DNA of 64,000 bases from Mustelus asterias. Its lineage: Eukaryota. Where the stretch lies: the NCBI RefSeq assembly GCF_964213995.1, contig NC_135809.1, forward strand, positions 36,456,001-36,520,000, in the 5' to 3' direction. Shown one piece after another: positions 60,025-64,000 of this stretch (positions are counted from its first letter, which is position 1; each line of letters opens with the position of its first letter). The notes under the pieces were generated by a model that was not told where the DNA came from, searched no databases, and was given only the letters and a program-made list of their open reading frames with translations. A program made the translations under genes and the position numbers.

Positions 60025-61565
60025 AAGTCCATCTGTCATTTCTCCGCCCAGTCTTGCATCCTATCTATGTCCCTCTGTAACTTCTGACATCCCTCCAGAC
60101 TATCCACAACCCCACGAACCTTCATGTCGTCGGCAAACTTACCAACCCATCCCTCCACTTCCTCATCCAGGTCATTTATGAAAATGACAAACAGCAAGGG
60201 TCCCAGAACAGATCCCTGGGGCACACCACTGGTGACCGACCTCCAATTAGAAAAAGACCCATCTATACACACTCTCTGCCTCCTTTGGGCAAGCCAGTTC
60301 TGGATCCACAGGGCAGCAGCCCCTTGGATCCCATGCCCTCTCACTTTTTCTAGAAGCCTTGCATGGGGGACCTTATCGAACGCCTTGCTAAAATCCATAT
60401 AAACCACATCTACCGCCTTCCCTTCGTCAATGTGTTTAGTCACATTTTCGAAGAAATCCACCAGGCTCGTAAGGCACGATCTGCCTTTGACAAAACCATG
60501 CTGAGTATTCTTGAGCATACTAAACCTCTCTAAATGCTCATAAATCTTGTCCCTCAGGATCTTCTCCATCAGCTTACCAACCACTGAGGTTAGACTCACC
60601 GGTCAGACCTGAGTACCAGGTCCAACCAATCGAGACCCTTGTGAATTTTATATTTCTCATTCTTCTAAATTCGAGGGAATTTTAGGCTGGGTTTAATTGA
60701 ATCTCCTCAGTGGACAGTCCTCTCATTCCAAACGTCAGTGCAGTGAAATTTGTTTGTAAATAAATGTTCAGAAACAAGATTCAAAGTTGTGAAGATAATG
60801 ATGGGCATTGATACTTGATAGAGTTTGTATTCTGTTCCTTTACAGTGAGCTGACTGGAAATGTCAGCATCCTGGCCAGTCCAGGTAACCGTTAGAAGTAA
60901 GAGTCCAAAATGAGCCTAACTACATTCATCTCACTACTTTTGCAATTCCACCCATCTGAAATATCTCAGCATTTTAATTCCCACAGGTCCTATAAGATCC
61001 TATAATGTTCTGGCCCCTCATGCTGCAGTGACTTTTCCACTTTATAGTATAATGTGTGCATCATTCCTGCATCATCAGAACAATATTTCAGTCCCTTTTG
61101 TCTCTGTCCACTCTCAATCCTGAGTTAGAAATTGCCAAATGTTACTGATAGTGTAGTAGTTTCTGGGCTGATGGGATTTACACCTGGAGGGAAGAATCAG
61201 TTTGCACAGGTGCATCTATTTGAACCAGAGCTGTCACTTTGAGTCAGGAGTCAAGTTCTGTCACTGATGTTTTCGTAGTTGACATCAGCCATGCGTTAGT
61301 CTGAGTACCAGAACCAAGACAGCTGGGGTCAGCTTCCTTTTCTTTTCTGGAGGCAGATCTACTTTGGGTACTGTGCATTATTATACACGATCATAGATAC
61401 TAATATGGTACTTAGCCCTTCTCTGCTCCTAGTTTTCTTCCTGCGTACAGATAGCGACCATTCCTAGAATACAGCACTTGCGATACTAGCATCAGAAATA
61501 TCTGATTTGGTGTTCTCAAATCTCATAATCCATTCCTCTTAACAAAATGTAAGTGTCAGCTTACG

Positions 61566-61727
61566 TCCAAAGCTGAAGAGCTGGTTTAGGTGTATTGGGC
61601 ATGCTAAATTCTCCCTCAGTGTACCCGAACAGGCGCCGGGTGTGGCGACTAGGGAATTTCACAGTAATTTCATTGCAGTGTTAATGTAAGCTTGCTTGTG
61701 ACACTTATAAATAAACTTTAAACTTAA
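61566..61727 (+). mobile_element. V-SINE type B, 3' part (tail-only copy also at 49281-49352, -)
   Basis: Type B tail ending ATAAATAAACTTTAAACTT. Confidence 0.8.
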
Positions 61728-61731
61728 AGCT

Positions 61732-62055
61732 AGGCTGAGTTGGCAGTACTTTTGCCTCTGACTCAGAAGGTCAAACTCTTTAGGTTATATGACTAGTGTT
61801 GATACTGTACAGAATGAGAGAATGCTGCTTTGATGGAAACACTATCTTTCAGATAAGATGTTTGTGGCACTGCTTCAGTGAGTTCTCCAACAATTATTTC
61901 TTGTTGACTGTTAGGATCTTGCTGTGTGCTAGTTGTCTGCAGCCCTTGCTAACAAATCGCTAGGGCTCCATTTTGAAAGCAATTCACTGACTGTGAAGCA
62001 TTCTAGTATGTTTTGAGAATATGAAAAATGTGTTCATAAAGCCAAATTTGTTCAT
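61732..62055 (+). mobile_element. Deu-domain SINE, heavily decayed
   Basis: Head GGCTGAGTTGGCAGTACTTTTGCCTCTGACTCAGAAGG; body collinear with 48495-48890. Confidence 0.55.
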
Positions 62056-62147
62056 TCTTAAGTCATAGGCTGTTTCTATTATCTGTTTCAGTTATTTTCT
62101 GCTGTGGGGCTGGAAGGAAGTGGTTCCTGCTTGTGAAATGATAGAAA

Positions 62148-62490
62148 GGGTGGCACGGTAACACAGTGGTTAGCACTGCTGCTTCACAGCTCCAGGGACC
62201 TGGGTTCGATTCCCGGCTTAGGTCACTGACTGTGTGGAGTTTGCACATTCTCCTTGTGTCTGCGTGGGTTTCCTCTGGGTGCTCCGGTTTCCTCCCACAG
62301 TCCAAAGATGTGCGGGTTAGGTCAATTGGCCATGCTAAAATTGTCCCTTAGTGTCCTGAGATGCATAGGTTAGAGGGATTAGCAGGTAAATATGTAGGGA
62401 TATGGGGGTAGGGTGGGATTATGGTCGGTGCAGACTCGATGGGCCCAATGGCCTCTTTCTGCACTGTAGGGTTTCTATGATTCTATGATT
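62148..62490 (+). mobile_element. V-SINE type A, full length
   Basis: GGGTGGCACGGTAACACAGTGG...TTCTATGATTCTATGATT. Confidence 0.92.
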
Positions 62491-62689
62491 GTTTGGTAAT
62501 AAATATTTTTACTTTTTATAGGTCCTTTTTTATTTAAAAGTTAATGTTCCATGAATAGATTTTCAAAAGAATTTTTAGCAAAGGTTAGTTCACAGAATCT
62601 TGCAATTTAATGGATTCTTCATTGCAGAAAATTGTTTGAATTGAGCACATCTGTTTTCAGCTGGGCTAACCATGGGAATATTACTTCAC

Positions 62690-63545
62690 TCCAGTTTGGT
62701 TTGAACCCCTGACACAGCATTGAAATGATCTTAAACTCCCAAATGACATTCTCTGCAACTCTGACCATGATGCACTATCTCTTCCCATCCTTCTCAGCCT
62801 GTTTGCAACCTTTTTCCATTCTTAACTATCCAGTGCTAGCCATCAAATCTTTTGCAATGGATTCTCTTCATCATCCTGTACCATTAATTCTGGAGCCCCA
62901 TGATTGCGGCTTGGTCCGTTCCTATTTTTCATCTGCATGTGGTCTCTTGGCAACATCAAAAATACAATATCAAATACCACGTGAACACTGATGGTACCTA
63001 AGTTTGCCGTGTTACACCTATCTCGGTCTCTCGACTGTGTTGTTGCTGCACTGTCTGTTATCGAATCTTGGATGAGACAAAGTTTTCTCCAATTGAACCT
63101 TGAGGCAGGAGTCTTGGTTCCAACCTTCAGTTTTGTTAAATTAAAAGCAAATAAAAGCAAAATATTGTGGATGTTGGAAAATCTGAAATAAAACAAAATG
63201 CTGGATAAACTTAGAAGGTCTGCCAGCATCTGTGGAGAGAAGCACGTGTTTTAAGTCATTCTACAGAATATCAAATTTGTTCCCCAGCCATTGATTTGGC
63301 CCTCCTCTTGGACCAATGTCTCAGGTTGAATCATATAGCTCACACTCTCAATCTGTGCTTCTGATGGTGATCCTTGCTATTACCAGTATCACCTATTTCC
63401 ATATCTGTAATATTGCCTGTTTCTACTCCTGCCTCAGTTCATCTGCTGCTGAAACCCACAACTATGCTTTTGTCACCAACCGACTTGACCATTCCAATGC
63501 TGCCCTAGCAGTGTTCTCATCTTCCATCCTCTAAACTTGGGCTCA
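62690..63545 (+). mobile_element. Decayed L2 RT fragment
   Basis: IESWMRQSFLQLN and AFVTNRLDHSNAAL. Confidence 0.75.
63145..63270 (-). mobile_element. Family P1 decayed half-element inside L2
   Basis: CAAAATATTGTGGATGTTGGAAAATCTGAAA...AATGCTGG...GGTCTGCCAGCATCTGTGGAGAGA. Confidence 0.6.
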
Positions 63546-63974
63546 TCAAAGTAAAAGTGCAAATGCAGCTCAAAACTAAGCTGAACTGCTGGCTAAATTC
63601 TAAATTTAAAGTCACACTTTCATCCTGGGACTTCAATTCTTCTGTGCTGCATAACTACAAGTGAGCAAAAGGGTGGAGATAGGGAGAAATGTTAATGTAT
63701 GATACAGCCCCCAACAGAGAAATTCTGACGTTTCTCACAGATTAGAATAGTCATCCAATGTGAAAACTGTTAATCAACAATCCGAGGATCTGAGTTAGAA
63801 ATCTTACATTTATTCAGATCCATTTGTAGGATTTTTAGGCGAAAAATAAATCTCTCTGAAATTGAGATGTGGCCGTTGTTAGCTTCAACCTGTGTTCAGT
63901 GAAGTGCTGTGAAACTGCAGTGTGAATTGACCAACATGCTCTGCTCTCATGATAATTGACATCCTTCTCCACAG

Positions 63975-64000
63975 GTAACATTGTTGAATGGTGTCTGCCA
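63975..64000 (+). CDS. DENND11: DENND11 coding exon 2 (5' part; runs off window)
   Basis: ccttctccacag|GT AAC ATT GTT GAA TGG TGT CTG CCA translates to (G)NIVEWCLP, continuing exon 1 in phase 1 (human GNMVEWCLP). Confidence 0.9.

Larger units (their letters stand above)
56024..60603 (-). mobile_element. CR1 LINE (RT to 3' tail) split by the 56790-60024 insertion
   Basis: ORFs 60036-60599 and 56104-56664 are consecutive RT segments. The junction rejoins as WAEK*QMDFNPDKCVVVHFG. Confidence 0.92.

Overview
This is eukaryotic, vertebrate DNA, almost certainly from a cartilaginous fish (shark). That assignment is inferred from the HE1-type V-SINEs, Deu-domain SINEs and abundant CR1/L2 LINEs. There are no prokaryotic features and no CRISPR array. 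Three spliced protein-coding genes can be read directly. (1) The first three coding exons of a GAT-1/SLC6A1-like GABA transporter lie on the minus strand (7255-7024, 3843-3712, 877-777), and the gene continues off the left edge. (2) The complete three-exon, 47-aa mitochondrial microprotein gene STMP1 lies on the minus strand (50264-50250, 35635-35582, 32581-32507) and is invisible in the ORF track. (3) The 5' end of DENND11/KIAA1147 lies on the plus strand (50619-50868, then exon 2 from 63975). STMP1 and DENND11 are head-to-head around a CpG-island promoter with NRF1/YY1-type motifs. Most of the remaining sequence is transposon-derived. It includes many CR1 copies (one with an uninterrupted 1001-codon endonuclease+RT ORF2 nested in older CR1s), L2, RTE and Rex1-like pieces, two tail-types of V-SINE, solo LTRs and a Myb/SANT (Harbinger-like) relic. 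The most striking non-coding signal is two families of tiny Penelope-like fold-back elements. They show asymmetric inverted repeats, a roughly 28-38 nt tail and 12-14 bp target-site duplications, and several copies carry minimal type-I hammerhead ribozyme cores (CUGANGA...GAAA-palindrome-UH). Repeat boundaries were read by eye and are approximate unless a TSD or splice site is quoted.
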